From Macrostomum lignano (lineage: Eukaryota), in the NCBI GenBank assembly GCA_002269645.1, contig NIVC01001971.1, positions 62,001 to 126,000 of the forward strand: DNA of 64,000 nt, read 5' to 3'. Below, one piece after another: positions 62,570 to 64,000 of the stretch (position 1 is the stretch's first letter; each line of letters starts with the position of its first letter). The notes beneath the pieces are model-generated. The model saw nothing but the letters and a program-made list of their open reading frames with translations. It had not been told where the DNA came from and searched no databases. A program made the translations under genes and the position numbers.

Positions 62570-63525
62570 ACCTGACCCAGATTGGCCCACTGACCCATCA
62601 CTAATCCTCCTGACCCATCACTAATCCTCCTGACCCATCGCCGATCGTCCTGACCCATCATCGCCGATCCTCCTGACCCATCATCAATCTCTCTGACCCG
62701 TCCCGATCCTCCTGACCCATCACTAATCCTCCTGACCCATCGCCGATCCTCCTGACCCATCGCCGATCCTCCTGACCCATCATCGCCGATCCTCCTGACC
62801 CATTACTAATCCTCCTGACCCATTACTGATCCTCCTGACCCATTACTGATCCTTCTGACTCATTACTGATCCTCCTGACCCATTACTGATCCTCCTGACC
62901 CATTACTGATCCTCCTGACCCAATACTGATCCTCCTGATCCATTACTGATCCTCCTGACCCAATACTGATCCTCCTGACCCAATACTGATCCTCCTGACC
63001 CATCATCGCCGATCCTCCTGACCCATCATCGATCCTCCTAACCTATCCCGATCCTTCTGACCCATTGAAGATCCTTCTGACCCATCATCAATCCTCCTGA
63101 ACAATCATCGATCCTCCTGACCCACCATCAATTCCTCTGACCCACCATCAATTCCCCTGACCCACCATCAATTCTGCTGACCCACCATCAATCCTTCTGA
63201 CCCATCATCAATCCTTCTGACCCACCATCAATTCTCCTGACCCATTGCCGATTCTGCTGACCCACCACCAATCCTCCTGAACAATCATCGATCCTCCTGA
63301 CCCACCATCAATTCCCCTGACCCACCATCAATTCCCCTGACCCACCATCAATTCTGCTGACCCACCATCAATCCTCCTGACCCATTTCCGATTCTGCTGA
63401 CCCACCATCAATCCTCCTGACCCATTTCCGATTCTGCTGACCCACCATCAATCCTCCTGACCCATTTCCGATTCTGCTGACCCACCATAAATCCTCCTGA
63501 CCCATGCGTGATCCTCCTGACCCAG
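62570..63525. repeat. Degenerate 20-24-bp minisatellite (ATCCTCCTGACCCATCA...)
   Basis: Visible array with several sub-variants. Confidence 0.92.
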
Positions 63526-64000
63526 GAAAGCATTCAGTTTGATCACTCAGATTGAGCAGGCAACTTCGAGCACACTCTGGATTCCTCCCAGAGTGGCGAC
63601 TTAACTCCCCAGTGAAGCGCACAGACTCTTAGTTGCCAACTCAAAGCCAAATTGCATCTGTATAAACACAGCATACTGGCACACACGCACGCATCAATGG
63701 TAGAATCATGGGCATTGGCCACTGTTTGCTGTGTGTCAGAAATTCAAATCGAATGACGGGGAGGGGTGGGGGAGATGCATGCACGTTCGTGATGAGGCAT
63801 GGCCGTCTGGCTCAACAAGTTTCTGTTTCAAACGGCGCGCCGTTCCCTCGTGCAAGTTGCGCAAGGTCAGGACGTGTTTTTGTTGTCCATGCAACTCGCT
63901 ACGTCCCCGTGCGACAGTGTTGCAGAACTTGGAGCCTCTTCAATGGCTTGGGTTTGTTGGCCTTCATGCATTTGGGTCTGAGGACATTGATCGGCACGAT

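Noticed and set aside
63868-64000. Open minus-strand frame entering from the window edge (RADQCPQTQMHEGQQ...NKNTS*)
   Set aside because: Could be the end of a gene outside the window, but it is short and unrecognisable.

Overview
AT-rich, intron-containing eukaryotic (invertebrate animal) DNA. It is flatworm/Macrostomum-like by general style only, and the species cannot be proven from sequence. Most ORF-track entries are artefacts of tandem repeats or of ORFs running through introns. Six protein-coding genes could be reconstructed by hand, all on the + strand: (1) the C1-C2B-MUN-C2C part of an Unc13/Munc13 gene (15 exons, 1613-15861; 5' end probably outside the window); (2) STEEP1/CXorf56; (3) a 74-aa hydrophobic microprotein; (4) Hikeshi/OPI10; (5) pyruvate dehydrogenase E1 alpha; (6) TXNDC17/TRP14. 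Unc13 has two 128-nt duplicated, apparently mutually exclusive exons in the Ca2+-binding C2B domain. It also has an in-frame candidate internal first exon, downstream of a solo LTR, that would give a MUN-C2C-only isoform. 19535-28477 is a ~9-kb foldback-type element (long TIRs with internal minisatellite, 7-bp TSD) carrying nested insertions: an LTR-like element, a LINE and three MITEs. The window also holds several tRNA-derived SINEs, hAT-like MITEs, an orphan histone 3' stem-loop and about 20 distinct tandem-repeat arrays. There is no CRISPR array, intact rRNA or intact tRNA. Family assignments rest on recalled motifs, not database searches.
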